Shown piece after piece: positions 14,752 to 27,527 of a stretch of DNA of 64,000 bases. The DNA is taken from NCBI GenBank assembly GCA_030141605.1, contig JAQGDQ010000226.1, forward strand, positions 62,001 to 126,000, written 5' to 3'. The stretch's first letter is position 1. Every line of letters begins with the position of its first letter. Under the pieces are notes generated by a model. The model worked only from the letters and a program-made list of their open reading frames with translations, was not told the DNA's origin and did no database searches. The translations under genes were made by a program, and so were the position numbers. The DNA comes from Tubiluchus corallicola (taxonomy: Eukaryota > Animalia > Priapulida).

Positions 14752-14844
14752 GTTGTTCGTCATGGTCCCATCTGGCACGAGCCTTGGCTCGTCGTTTCTG
14801 TTCTAATCTGTCCGCATCCTGGTTTATGGTATCAAACACGGTTT
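14752..14844 (-). CDS. GRK2: GRK2 exon ETVFDTINQDADRLEQKRRAKARARWDHDEQ
   Basis: 93 nt, tag/gtaaat borders. Homologous to ETVFDTINAETDRLE. Confidence 0.93.
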
Positions 14845-14986
14845 CTAATGGAATTAAGAACTTCATATTAAATCCACAAACTAATGAAACACATGTAGAA
14901 TACAAGATGTGGCATTCAAGCAAAACACTTTTGGCAAAAGTTTTCAATTCCCCACACATGAGAAACTAATTTGTTAGAAATTACGA

Positions 14987-15433
14987 TTGGGGTGGGGGTC
15001 GGGTTAGGATTAGGATTAGGGTTATGGATGGGATTAGGATTAGGGTTGGATTAGGGTTAGGGTTATGGATGAGATTAGGATTAGGGTTATGGTTGGGATT
15101 AGGGCTGGATTAGGGTTAGGCATAGGTTAGGGTTAGGATTATGGATGAGATTAGGATTAGGGTTATGGTTGGGGTTAGGATTAGGGTTAAGGTTAGGATT
15201 ACAGATGAGATTAGAATTAGGGTTACGGTTGGGGTTAGGATTAGGGTTGAGTAAGGGTTAGGGCTAGGATTACAGATGAGATTAGGATTAGGGTTGGGGT
15301 TAGGTTTAGGGTTGAGATTAGGATTGGGGTTACAGTTGGGGTTAGGATTAGGGTTTGGTTAGGGTTAGGGTTAACATTAGGATTAGGGTTGGGTTTGGGT
15401 AGGGCTAGGTTAGGGCTGAGATTAGGATTAGGG
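14987..15433 (+). repeat. Degenerate telomere-like (TTAGGG/TTAGGA) array
   Basis: Many TTAGGG hexamers interspersed with TTAGGA and TTGGGG variants. Confidence 0.9.
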
Positions 15434-15753
15434 TATTTAAATTGTGTGGGGAATTGTATTCCTTCCAGCTTTTTTGGCAAGTGCAGACGTTATTGTATTA
15501 CTTTTAAAAAAGCTAAAATACTTATCCTTAAAGAAACAGGAATAAATTCGATTGTCATCATTTCGAATGGAAATCTGAGGCCACTTGGATGAGTAACAAT
15601 TTCATAAAAGCAGCAGTTTTTAAGGTCTATAATTTTCATACACTATAATCATTACCAAAGGCCACCTATGATAAAGAGTTATAAATTAAAGGAGCAGCGT
15701 GAGAATATAATAAAAACAGGTAAGGAAAAAATGCAAAACTTGTAACTAATTTG

Positions 15754-16421
15754 TTAAAACTCAAGAAAACCCTCCATAAACATAAAGCTTAAAAATTTGC
15801 CTTGAAATTTTATACCACTTACGTACTGCCTTTTTACATACAGAGCATGTTATATACATGCTGTATAAAACATGTGAATTTAAACTCCCGTTAGATGGAG
15901 CCATTTTAATGGTAGGTCATTTGAAACAAGTTTAGATAACACTGACTTAAGTTTGAAAAAAAAGTTTGAATCAGAGCAAGTGTAGCACACATCACTAGCT
16001 GAGTAAAATTTTAAATTATTGTATCTTGTCAATAAGATTAAAAATACATTTTTTGGTTAGTGAGTTGTGCACCATGGCCGGTGAGTCAGCGACATTTTAC
16101 CAATTGGTGGAAACATTCTAAATTATTTTTTCTAGTTACACATGTCTTTCAAGCAGGTAAGCAAAATGCTAAGTAATATAGATTTGCATAGAAAGTTTCC
16201 TGGGACATAATTTAACATAATTCTTCCCCTGCTTTACGTGGCGTAGTGATGTCATGCAATGGCGACGTCGGAACAGTATTGCGGGCGATTTAAAATGAAA
16301 ACAAACAAAAAATCCTTTCAAAGTGACTACGGTATACGCATAAAATTGCTGTAAAGTTATATTATTTTTTAAAGTGATTTTTCTGAAACCTACTTCAGGT
16401 AGCCCTTTTCTTGTCCTTTGA
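15754..16421. mobile_element. Kolobok-like MITE, inverted copy of 39254-39896
   Basis: Reverse-complement similarity along its length; ends cttttcttgtcctttg. Confidence 0.7.
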
Positions 16422-16910
16422 TGATAAGAGGTACCCGATGATGTTCTTTCCAAAACAAATAACACTGTTGTTAATAAAGAAACAATTTTTTTGCAAAGAA
16501 TTCCACAGATAAAAGGTAAGATAATAAGTGGGAGGTATAAGATATAAGAGAGAGATTATAAGTGGCTGGCCTGGGATTGTGCAGAGTAAACATTTGAAAA
16601 TTGGAAACGAAACCACTACTGCTGGCAAATTGCCTTGTGTAGTAGGGACCAGTGAAGACAGATCATGATAGCATCTTTCAGCCAGATGAGGTATCTGAGT
16701 AGCGGAGATGAGTATGCAAAATCAATTAATCAATTTTTTTATCGATGTAAAAATAATAAGAAATGACGATAACGCAGTTTTGTATTTATGTTTAATCTGT
16801 CGGAAATAACCAAATTTACATTCGTTGAATTTGTGAGTATTTTTATTAACTGAACCCAACAAAACATTTTGTGCCATCTGTTGACAGAAAATTCAACTAA
16901 CAGCAAGTAC

Positions 16911-17149
16911 CTGCTACTTCTTGTTGCCACCGCTCCGAGACGACCATGGGAAAGTTCTTGTACAGTTCCTGATCTGCATCATTTAGTTTGATACCTTTCA
17001 CATCTTCTTCATCAAAGCTACCAATATCGAACGCGTCTGCTGCATTGACCTCCCCCCGAGGAGGTATTAGAGGCGGAGGGTATTTTAGTAAGTACACCTG
17101 CTGCCAGTCAATCTCTTTGAAAAATGGATGAGTCTTTACCTCCTCGGCA
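16911..17149 (-). CDS. GRK2: GRK2 exon [10 protein letters not shown]...[27 protein letters not shown]...SERWQQEVA (AGC C-tail)
   Basis: 239 nt, cag/gtact borders. Frame is continuous with both neighbouring exons. Confidence 0.97.
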
Positions 17150-17184
17150 CTGCAACAAACCAACAATCAAGCTTCTTGTGAACA

Positions 17185-17478
17185 AGCAGAATCTACTTCT
17201 GGCTGTGTGGCAGGACAGGCACTCAAGGATAATGTCTAGGAAACCTAGGATGCAAGTGTGTACCATAATTCTTCTACAAACCAGTACTAAATGTGCAACA
17301 GCAGAACCTACTTCTGGCTGTGTGGCAGGACGGGCACTCAAGGATAATGTCTAGGAAACCTAGGATGCAAGTGCATACCATAATTCTTCTACAAACGAGT
17401 ACTAAACATGCAACAGCAGAACTTAATGTGAATGGCTGTGTGGTAGGACAGGCACTCAAAGATAATGCCTAGGAAACA
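17185..17478. repeat. About 114-bp tandem repeat, about 2.5 copies
   Basis: ggctgtgtggcaggac.ggcactcaaggataatgtctaggaaac recurs three times. Confidence 0.85.
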
Positions 17479-17552
17479 CAAAAGCATTTACAAAACACTA
17501 AACTCCGCATAAGTCAAATCCAACTGGACCAAAAAAAATCTTTGAGTTAGGC

Positions 17553-18652
17553 GATGTTGACCATTTTCTAGCCTAGAAACTCTTAACCCCTCCTCGAGAT
17601 GGCGTGATGTTGACTATTTTTCAGCATAGAAACTCTAAACCCCTCCTCCAGAGGGCGTGGTGTTGACCATTTTCCAGCCTAGAAACTCCAAACCCCTCCT
17701 CGAGAGGGCATGATGTTGACCATTTTCTAGCCTAGAAACTCTAAACCCCTCCTCAAGACGGCACGATGTTGACCATTTTTCAGCATAGAAACTCTAAACC
17801 TCTCCGCCAGAGGGCATGATGTTGACCATTTTCTAGTCAACAAACTCTAAATCCCTCCTCCAGAGGGCATGATGTTGACCATTTTCTAGCATAGAAACTC
17901 TAAACCCCTCCTCCAGAGGGCATGATGTTGACCATTTTCTAGCATAGAAACTCTAAACCCCTCCTCCAGAGGGCATGATGTTGACCATTTTCTAGCTAGA
18001 AACTCTAAACCCCTCCTCCAGAGGGCATGATGTGACTTTTCTAGTAGAAACTCTAAACCCTCCCCAGAGGGCATGATGTTGACCATTTTCTAGCAAAAAC
18101 TCTAAACCCCTCCTCCAGAGGGCATGATGTTGACCATTTTCTAGCATAGAAACTCTAAACCCCTCCTCCAGAGGGCATGATGTTGACCATTTTCTAGTCT
18201 AGAAACTCTAAACCCCTCCTCCAGAGGGCATGATGCTGACACTTTTCTAGTCAACAAACTCTAAACCCCTCCTCCAGAGGGCATGATGTTGACCATTTTC
18301 TAGTCTAGAAACTCTAAACCCCTCCTCCAGAGGGCATGATGCTGACCCTTTTCTAGTCTAGAAACTCTAAACCCCTCCTCCAGAGAGCATGATGCTGACC
18401 CTTTTAGAGCATAGAAACTGTAAACCCCTTCTCCAGACGGCATGATGTTGACCATTTCCCAGCATAGAAACTCTAAACCCCTCCTCAAGACGGCATGATG
18501 TTGACCATTTTTCAGCATAGAAACTCTAAACCCCTCCTCAAGATGGCGTGATGCTGACCATTTTTCAGCATAGAAACTCTAAACCCTTTCTCAAGATGGC
18601 GTGATGTTGACCACTTTCCAGCATAGAAACTCTAAACCCCTCCTCCAGAGGG
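17553..18652. repeat. 53-bp minisatellite, about 21 copies
   Basis: Unit gatgttgaccattttctagcatagaaactctaaacccctcctccagagggcat. Confidence 0.95.
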
Positions 18653-19167
18653 TGAGCAAAACAGAAAGCAGAAAGTGAACTCTTCTATACATAAATGACG
18701 AGATTTGATGACAATTACATAAAGAACCACAAATTATGTGGTATACGATTTTCTTATGTTACAAAAGATTTGTAAGACATCAGAATTTTTCTGGAAGACA
18801 ATACAGTTTTTGAGTTGTACGAAACTTTTTATTTTTCTAGAGTGTAAATTGCATTTTTGAGTTAGGCGAAGTAAATTACATGTATTTTGCTTAAACGGAC
18901 CATAATTTTTGAGTTTGGTGAAATTTTGAGTTAAGCGATGTTTTTTGTGGAAAAAAACGAAGGATTTCATCGGTCCCGCTGAAATTCTTCGAGCTAGGAG
19001 AAAATTTTAGATATGCAATTTTGAGTTGCGTGTAGTTTATTGTACATTCAAAAAAGTTATTACGGCAGATCGAACTGCCCAAGTGCAGTTTTCACGACAC
19101 TCACCCATGCAGTTACTAACCACTCCAGCACTGCTTAACTTCGCACTGCAATTGATTTTATACGTAC

Positions 19168-19268
19168 CTGTGACCCATACAGCCGAGTCGTTCGGAGACA
19201 TCGCGTCTCAATAATCCCTGAAGTAAGTCTCGCAAGTCGTTAGTAAATGAATCTGGTAGTTCTATGTT
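19168..19268 (-). CDS. GRK2: GRK2 exon [33 protein letters not shown]
   Basis: 101 nt, cag/gtacgt borders, RLGC motif. Confidence 0.96.
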
Positions 19269-20120
19269 CTGTGTAAAAGGGAAAAGGCTTTGTTACGTAT
19301 GCAATAAACTGCAGTTAAGTTTTGCATGTAGAGTAAATTAGAATTATAAACGCGACGAGCTTCAAACTAATTTGTCTTAAACTTCACAATTTTTTTTCGC
19401 ATTATTATTAAAATGGGAAACAAGTTCAATCAGCCAATGTTGCAATTTTTCGTCAGCTAAAGATAATTAATGTTCTGACATATAGCGCACTAGGGGCGGT
19501 TTTGCTATGCATGGTCATAAATATTTATGGTCACAATTATAAGCGCCTGTTTTTAATGTGCTGGTGACAGAATTTCGGCACGAATCCCAGAATGCACTTG
19601 TGTAAACTTTCGCATCAATGTCTATTACCCCGCAGCGAATCTAGTTAGATTTGTGCTGGTTTTATCTGAATGTTAAAAAAATAAAAAATATGACTTTTTC
19701 ACTCTTAGCGTTATGTTATGTTGGGCTTGCAAGCTTACTTAGTTAGTTCCCAAGCGTCTTTGGAAGACTTGTGCTTTTCATTCAGAGTTGCATGTCAGAC
19801 TCGCGGAGTTCCACGCTTGTTGCCAAGCCAGCAAGAACGCATTCTCGAGCAAAAGTTTGCGAGCAGTGAAATCTTTTGTGTTTCGAAATATAGAACAATT
19901 TTTGTTTCAAATGCTTGTGGTACATTTCTTGATGAAGGAAATCACGATTGTGGTTCATTGGTGAAGAAAAGAAACAGCAAAATTCTAAATGAATTGGAGA
20001 CGGAATCAGGAAATGTTAGGTTTTGTTCTGAAAAAGATGTTAGTTCACGCTATTTATAGTGATTAATTCTTACAGTCTTCACTGTTTCACTAATTACAAG
20101 TCATCTTACTTGAACTATGC

Positions 20121-20676
20121 TTAAAGGAAGAACGGATAATTGTTTAGACTCAATCTCATTTTAATTTACTGTCTTAAATATACATTTTCTTGCCTATAAT
20201 AGTTAGCAATTGTTTCTTATATTTGAATAATTAGAAAGTAAGTTAATTAACGGCAATTGAACACAGTTATTGCTTACGTCAGAAACTAACCACAGTTTGT
20301 GCAACGGCAGGCATCTTCCCTTACGCGACAAGCACATTTGCATAAGTGTTACAGTACTGCTTAAATGCATGATGTCACGAAAATGGGCTCTACATCATAT
20401 GACGTCAGAAACTAACACTGCAGTTCATGACCATGCTTATCACGGTACCGCCTTCTATTTGTCAGCTACACACATGTGACGAAAAGGCGCCGTTGCCAAT
20501 CTTAGTAGATTCACTGAGTCGCGCGTAGCTTTGAAAGTCTAATGAAATTTGAGTATCCGAGGTAATTATTATTTAATCTAAGAGTCGATTTAAAAAAAGC
20601 TTTTGTAGTTTTGAGTATTTTAGAGCATTGTTTATTCTGAACTAATGTTTACACAATCATCCGGTTTTGCTTTCAA
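20121..20676. mobile_element. Kolobok-like MITE family A, inverted copy
   Basis: Reverse complement of 7167-7721, starting TTAA-AGGAAG. Confidence 0.8.
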
Positions 20677-20834
20677 TTTAGACCTACATTTACGTAAAAT
20701 GTGAGAGTCTACTTACATTCTGGCAAAACATAACGAAATTCCGGCCCTAATAAATTATTATTATTATCATTAATTATGAGAAATAATCTTGTAAAACTAT
20801 TTTCAACAGAAGAACAAATACCATGTTGGCTTAC

Positions 20835-20901
20835 CATTGTTAAAGTCATTCTGTCTATTTCATGTTTGTCCTTCGTTTTATGTTGTCTGAACGGACTATG
20901 C
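20835..20901 (-). CDS. GRK2: GRK2 exon [22 protein letters not shown]
   Basis: 67 nt, cag/gtaag borders. Matches the human GRK2 peptide. Confidence 0.97.
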
Positions 20902-21117
20902 CTGAAAAACAATACGGTGATGTCACTTCCAAGCAGCCATTAAAATTATCCCAACTAAGTGCAGCATATAGACACGATTTTTTTAGCCGGCCAGAATTCT
21001 GCATCAAGTAAATAACTATAAATATTTCTATAAACAAATATAAACCAAATCCAAACTTATGATGCAAAAGTAAACTGCATAAACAGCATCAAACAAAACT
21101 GAGAATAGAAAAGGCAA

Positions 21118-21606
21118 TTTTAAATTATGTCCCAAAAAATTCCCACATAAAGTTATATTACTTTGCATTACTCCTACCTGCTTGAAAGATTCATGTAGAA
21201 AATTCTTAGTAATTTACGCTAATTAATTGTTCATGCCAACTGGTCAAATGTCACTGACTCACCTTCCCAGTGTGCACCACTGACTCACCAAAAAACGTAT
21301 TTTTAATATTATTGACCTATAATACAGTAATTAATGAAGAGTTTTGCTCAGTTACTGAAAAGTGCACTACAAATGCTCTGATTATTTTTCAAACTGTACA
21401 AAATGTTATCTAAACATGTTTCAAATGACTTACTGCTAAAATGGCTGCACCTAATGGTCAGTCTAACGGGAGTTTAAATTTACATGTTTTATACAGCGTT
21501 GCTGCCAACACAAGCTCCGTGCGTAAAAAGGCAGTACGTAAGTGACACAAAATTTCCAGACAATTTTTTAAGCTTTATGTAAGTAACCGGTTTTCTTGTG
21601 TTTTAA
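21118..21606. mobile_element. Kolobok-like MITE, 5'-truncated copy of 39254-39896
   Basis: taaattatgtcccaaaaaa ... ggttttcttgtgttttaa. Confidence 0.7.
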
Positions 21607-22310
21607 AAATGCTCTACAATATGGCAAGTCTCATCCCATGCATGTTTTTCGAATCTTATGAGTCTGCCTGCAGAATAAATGACGAATAAATATAATACCA
21701 CCTCAAATTAGCATAACAACTTTATAAAAGTTACAGTACAGATCCATGTGTACGTAATGTGTGATGCGTGATCCATAATGCGTATACAGTGGTTTGTATT
21801 TAAACATGTAGAAGTATTTCCATGTGTACGTAATGCGTGATCCATATTCATTCGAACGTGATCGCTATCATCCGAATACGCATCATGCAGATGGGAAACC
21901 GCAGTTGCCGAGGTGATTATAGCGAGTTTTCAAGTTTCAGGTGACCATTTTCGCTGTTTAGCTTTCTGAAAATTCTAGTTAGGTGAGTTTTTGTCACTTT
22001 AGGTCCTACAAACAATAATATTTTTTCTATTTAAGTTTTTGAGAGGTGGAAGAAGCCTGTAGTTATGTGTTGTGCATCTAACTTCAGTTCTTTCAGAAAA
22101 TGATGGTACCTACCGTACTGTTCTCTCCCTGCAAAATATTGTGCACCTAACACCTGTGCTTTCTCTTCCGTCTAATAGCACAATAGTAAGCTAATGCTGC
22201 AGCTGTAATTATCACGCTTAAATTTCGACAGAGACATGGTCTCCAAAATTATTGCTTGCAATTTTCACGAGTAGCGACCAAAAATTGTGGAAAGAGCGCC
22301 GTGAGCTTTA

Positions 22311-23333
22311 TCAATACGCATGGCATTTACGTACATATGGAAACAGTCAATACGCATGGTGTTTGTGGACACGTGTGGAGACAGTCTATACGCATGGCGT
22401 TTACGGACACGTGGAAACAGTCAATATGCATGGCGTTTACAGACACGTGGAAACAGTCAATACGCATGGCGTTTACGGACACGTGGAAACAGTCAATATG
22501 CATGGCGTTTACGTACACGTGGAAACAGTCAAACCGCATGGCGTTTACGGACACGTGGAAACAGTCAATACGCATGGCATTTACGGACACGTGGAAACAG
22601 TCAATATGCATGGCGTTTACGGACACGTGGAAACAGTCAATATGCATGGCGTTTACGGACACGTGGAAACAGTCAATACGCATGGCGTTTACGGACACGT
22701 GGAAACAGTCAATACGCATGGCGTTTACGGACACGTGGAAACAGTCAATACGCATGGCGTTTACGGACACGTGGAAACAGTCAATACGCATGGCATTTAC
22801 GGACACGTGGAAACAGTCAATACGCATGGCGTTTACGGACACGTGGAAACAGTCAATATGCATGGCATTTACGGACACGTGGAAACAGTCAATATGCATG
22901 GCGTTTACGGACACGTGGAAACAGTCTATACGCATGGCATTTACGGACACATGGAAACAGTCAATACGCATGGCATTTACGGACACGTGGAAACAGTCAA
23001 CACGCATGGAGTTTACGGACATGTGGAAACAGTCTATACGCATTGCATTCACGGACATGTGGAAACAGTCAACACGCATGGCATTTACGGACACGTGGAA
23101 ACAGTCTATACGCATGGCATTTACGGACACGTGGAAACAGTCTATACGCATGGCGTTTACGGACACGTGGAAACAGTCTATACGCATGGCATTTACGGAC
23201 ACGTGGAAACAGTCTATACGCATGGCATTTACGGACACATGTAAACAGTCAACACGCATGCCATTCACGGACATGTGGAAACAGTCAACACGCATGGCGT
23301 TTACGGACACGTGGAAACAGTCAACACGCATGG
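22311..23333. repeat. 36-bp minisatellite, about 28 copies
   Basis: Unit catggcgtttacggacacgtggaaacagtcaatacg. Confidence 0.97.
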
Positions 23334-23357
23334 AGTCCAAGCTTAATAATCACGCAC

Positions 23358-23465
23358 CCCTTGAGTAGTTTATACAGCATACACCCCAGAGAAAACCAGT
23401 CGGCACTTGAATCATACGCTGTACCTTTAGATAACACTTCCGGTGCCATGTACCCGTGTGTTCCT
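23358..23465 (-). CDS. GRK2: GRK2 exon [36 protein letters not shown]
   Basis: 108 nt, cag/gtgcgt borders, APE motif. Confidence 0.97.
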
Positions 23466-24035
23466 CTGGAAAAAACAATGCATGAGAGTAGTATATACGT
23501 TTTGCCTCCGTTACACATTCCCGAGATCGACGGAGTTTCAAATTTGTCAACGACAGGATCAGACGTTTGAGCGTATCATAGTTACAGTTTTTTTTTGTTC
23601 ATGTTACTTAAATGGTTTACCAGTTCACGTACTAATAAAGTTCAAATTTTAACCCAAGACTTTAAATTATCAAACTAATTTATATCCGCAACAATTAATT
23701 ATAAAAAAACCTTTATTTTCTTCAGCTAAACATGTGCGGGACGACTGTAAATAGGGACAAAAGACAATATTGAGAAATCAACGAAAATTACTTGTGTGTT
23801 ACAACTTTTAGACAAAAAATTATTTATTTTAAAAAATATAAAGCAAAATAATAAAGTTATGTGGTTAGTTGAACTAAATGCATCGTACATGTATTTCTGG
23901 AAAATGCAGAAATGATATTTTATACAAGAACATTGCTATAAAAATGTACCAAGGCTACTATATTTAAAATTTATTCTGACGGCAAATTATCTAACATTTT
24001 ATCGTAAATTCAAATTAGCTAAACAAGCAACTCAC

Positions 24036-24261
24036 ACGCTAGCATGAGGCTTTTTCTTTGAGAAGTCGCAAGCGAGGCCGAGGTCAGAGATTCGTACGTG
24101 TCCGTGTTCGTCCAGCAGAATGTTCGCCGGTTTGAGATCACGGTAGACCACGAAGCGCTTGTGCATGTGCTCCAAGCCTAGCAACACTTCGGCGGCGTAG
24201 AATCGCATCTCCGACTCGCTGAACACGCCATGCTGCGACAAGTGGTAGTGAAGATCGCCAC
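24036..24261 (-). CDS. GRK2: GRK2 exon [11 protein letters not shown]...[38 protein letters not shown]
   Basis: 226 nt, tag/gtgagt borders. Contains the YRDLKPAN catalytic loop and the GRK-diagnostic DLG motif. Confidence 0.98.
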
Positions 24262-24486
24262 CTAGTGGCAAAAAAATTACAAAAAATGAAAGCAAATACA
24301 GTTAATGATGTTGTCATACTATCGTTGTCCAAAAATGTTGCAAAAAAAACAGCGGCAGTAATTACAAGCTTTTTGAAGCAAATCATAAAATTCTGACTTG
24401 TCATAGGTAATCAACTTTACAATTTATAGAAACCTTCTATGCCATTTATGAAATTCCGCTTACAGTAATACGGGGTGCTAGTTCAC

Positions 24487-24517
24487 ATACGCACGCACAC
24501 ACGCATGCACGCACGCA

Positions 24518-24551
<34 letters not shown>
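24487..24551. repeat. (CA)n / (GCAC)n microsatellite
   Basis: Direct reading. Confidence 0.9.
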
Positions 24552-24552
<1 letters not shown>

Positions 24553-24617
24553 TGTGAATTCCATACCAAATTTGAACTTACATGCACCTTGCAAGCAGCA
24601 GTAAATTTTATACGTGT

Positions 24618-25120
24618 GTGCTTGCAAACCAAAACAATCCATAAGTCGGCATAGTTAAAACTACGTCATGATGCATTTCTGTCTAGAAACTAGTACTGCA
24701 ATTGCAAAAAAATTGGTATTTTCAAACTTCGATAGTAGCTCGTGGAAGCAGTCATTTTGCTTCTGGTTTTTTTTTGTTGCCAAGCCCAGAACTTCGTCAG
24801 CAAGAGCCATCTACTTTATTTAAACGTAAGTTCAATGTATTCTTGCAAAGTCCGTAGCAACCAACATTTGTGCGCTTGCTAAGTGTTTTATAGAAATGGG
24901 ACAAAAAACAATGGCTGACTTTAACAGGGATTGTCTCAATGTTATGTTTTTCAGTGCTCAGCTTGCGTACTCAATTTCAACGTAGATTATTTCAGCTTAG
25001 AAATAACATAGAGCAATGAGCTTAGTACGAAAATGATCTTCATGAAATGGAGATTCAGGATGTGTGAATAGCTGGAAAAGCTTAATTGCCAACTTATGGA
25101 CGGTTTTGACATGCAAGCAC
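24618..25120. mobile_element. TIR element, internally deleted relative of 1467-2127
   Basis: gtgcttgcaaaccaaaacaatccataagtcggca ... tgccaacttatggacggttttgacatgcaagcac. Confidence 0.75.
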
Positions 25121-25379
25121 AGTGCGATTCTGCAGACTCAGTAAATGTACTCTTCTTCATCTCAATGATGCTCCAATCACAGACTTACAATATCATGCTA
25201 GTTATTTTAAAGTATAAATCTAAACAACCACTATAAACTATGTGATGTACCCAATTTTGAAGTAATACGACTCTAAACAGTATATTGCAGCCTGGCTTCT
25301 ATAAATTGCAATTCCAGAAAATTCTGGGCTTGATATCCACGTATAGTGTGCAAAGTAGCCAACAGATGACAGCACTTAC

Positions 25380-25461
25380 CATTCATTAGGTCCAGGATAA
25401 AACACAGTTTGTCTGTAGTTTGAAAGGCATACGTCATACATACAATAAACGGACAGTCTTC
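25380..25461 (-). CDS. GRK2: GRK2 exon EDCPFIVCMTYAFQTTDKLCFILDLMN(G)
   Basis: 82 nt, cag/gtaagt borders. Confidence 0.96.
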
Positions 25462-26147
25462 CTGTAAAGTACGAAAAATATAATAAAATACAGGCAAAAT
25501 AAAAAAAACATTATAGGTTATGGCAAAGGCATAAATGCAGTTAAAGAATTCAGCAGTTTTTTGGTGGCACTAAAGTAGTTTCTTTGGCAAAATTGAATAA
25601 TCAGAACGCTTTCCAATATGAGAAATAATTAGAAACCAAGTTTTGAACAACCTCTTATCAATACTAATTATGATAACTAAACATTTATGAATTAAACTTT
25701 TAGTTCTTTTTACACGATTAGGCAAGGTTTACCAAATGAAAAATTAATGTAATCCAAATTCCGTTCTGGTGAAATTTTACCCACACGACACGTCACTCGG
25801 TCGTCTGAAAATTTCTCGCGCAATTAATTCATGTCTGCACAATTGTAAGTCTCCATGGTAACTGTGTATAACTATGCTGGCTAAGTGACCCATCCCTTGT
25901 ATTATTATTAGAACTAGATTGCTAGAGCTGAAAGTATCAGTGCGCCCGACGCTATGAGAATTCATTCTGTCTGATAAACTTATGGTGGCCATCGTGTAGT
26001 TTTCATTGCAGAATACATCCATTTCCCCCAAATGGCGTAAATAATATGTTACAGGCAGATATTATATTGAAATGCCGTTATGTAGAAAAACATACCCCTT
26101 TGGGAAGTGGCGTTGATACAACTGCACCATAGCATTAATAATCTTAC

Positions 26148-26757
26148 TTAAAGCAAAACTGGACTCAATCTTAAACTGCAGGTCAGAACAATCTACTCTT
26201 TAAAATATTGAAAGGAAACATACTATTTTTTCAACAATGACTTACGTAAAATGATTATTACCACACAAACAAAATTTCACGTTCGCGTCACTAGTTCTTT
26301 GCGGTTACATGCATTTCGTCATTCGTTACTCAGATGGGCACTAGCGCCTGCATTTTGGAAATGCATTATACAAAAAACAGGTTCTGAGTTCAGATGTGTT
26401 AGCTTGTGATGAGCTACACACATTTGACAGCTCATGCGTGAGCACAGCGGTAAATTTGAAATTTGGTTTTTATCTTAAAACTTGCCTAGTTTTAGTACAA
26501 TACACTGAATCTGTTGCAGTAGCACTGTACTTCAATTTTTGCTTTCGCAAACACGTGGAACTCGCTCGTGGAATACTTTTGCTCTTGAAAATTATGTTAG
26601 TTTGTGATGTCATCACTAGTTGGGCTCGCCAACAAGTTTTTAATCTATTAGTTAATCATCAGAAATGCTTTTGCAGTAGTAATTGTGTTAAAATGCATAC
26701 TTTTTATCGGCCTTGAAAATGGGGTAGTATATGAAAAATCATCATGTCTTCCTTTAA
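26148..26757. mobile_element. Kolobok-like MITE family B, full length
   Basis: TTAA at both ends: AGCAAAACTGGA ... TCATGTCTTCCT. Confidence 0.75.
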
Positions 26758-27427
26758 CCGGATAATTTGTTGCCTGTTTGTCTTAATTAGAAATGAAGGG
26801 GGCCTCAGGTCAAAAGTCTAGATTTAAGAAAATGAAAATTTAAAAATACGTAAACCTAACTTTGCTAGTTTTTGCAATCAAAAAACAAAATGGCTGAATG
26901 ACTAAAAGTGGATTCATACAAAAATCAGCAGAATCAGCTATATATATACCGACGTGTTTTGACCCAATTAACCGACTGAACCTATTAACAGTTACAGTTC
27001 AATAGAAGCAGCTGTTTTAGGTTTTTTTGAGTCAAATAAGCGATTGAGTCTATTAACCGTGAGTCTATTAAGCGGCGACTACTGTAATATAGAGAGATTT
27101 TAAGTGTTCTGTATTTCTAATTTTCTAATCTGACGACTTTAGCTATTGCAAAAACAAAAAGGCCACACGATTATAATAAATCAGAGTTTTCAATTTTCAG
27201 AGTGCTCATGCCAAGCTGTGCAAAATTGGCAAATTTAGAATTGGCCATAACGTCGCAAAAATTCTCTCACAAATACAGACCAACACTCAAAATAAAAACA
27301 CTTCCTGCTACCTTATTATAAGCGGGGTAATTTTTACGAGTTTTGGGCGGCTGTTTTTGCACCGGTGTGAAAGCACCTTTAGCGAACCGCTAACACTAAT
27401 GCAGCTACACACATCACGGATACTTAC

Positions 27428-27527
27428 GCCCGTGCTGACTAGAGATAACATTATCCTTTCATTCAATGCCAGAGTTTCGCCTTGTTTCATTTTAATCCGT
27501 TTTTTGTCTAAACACTTCATGGCGTAC
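27428..27527 (-). CDS. GRK2: GRK2 exon [33 protein letters not shown]
   Basis: 100 nt, cag/gtaagt borders. Carries the catalytic Lys and the alphaC Glu. Confidence 0.97.

Noticed and set aside
14987-15433. True chromosome end or telomere fusion site
   Set aside because: Degenerate, single-orientation, inside an intron of an intact gene and bounded by inverted repeats.
22252-23570. Long ORFs of 330-416 aa with 12-residue repeats
   Set aside because: They arise from a stop-poor 36-bp intronic minisatellite that is open in several frames on both strands; no domain similarity.
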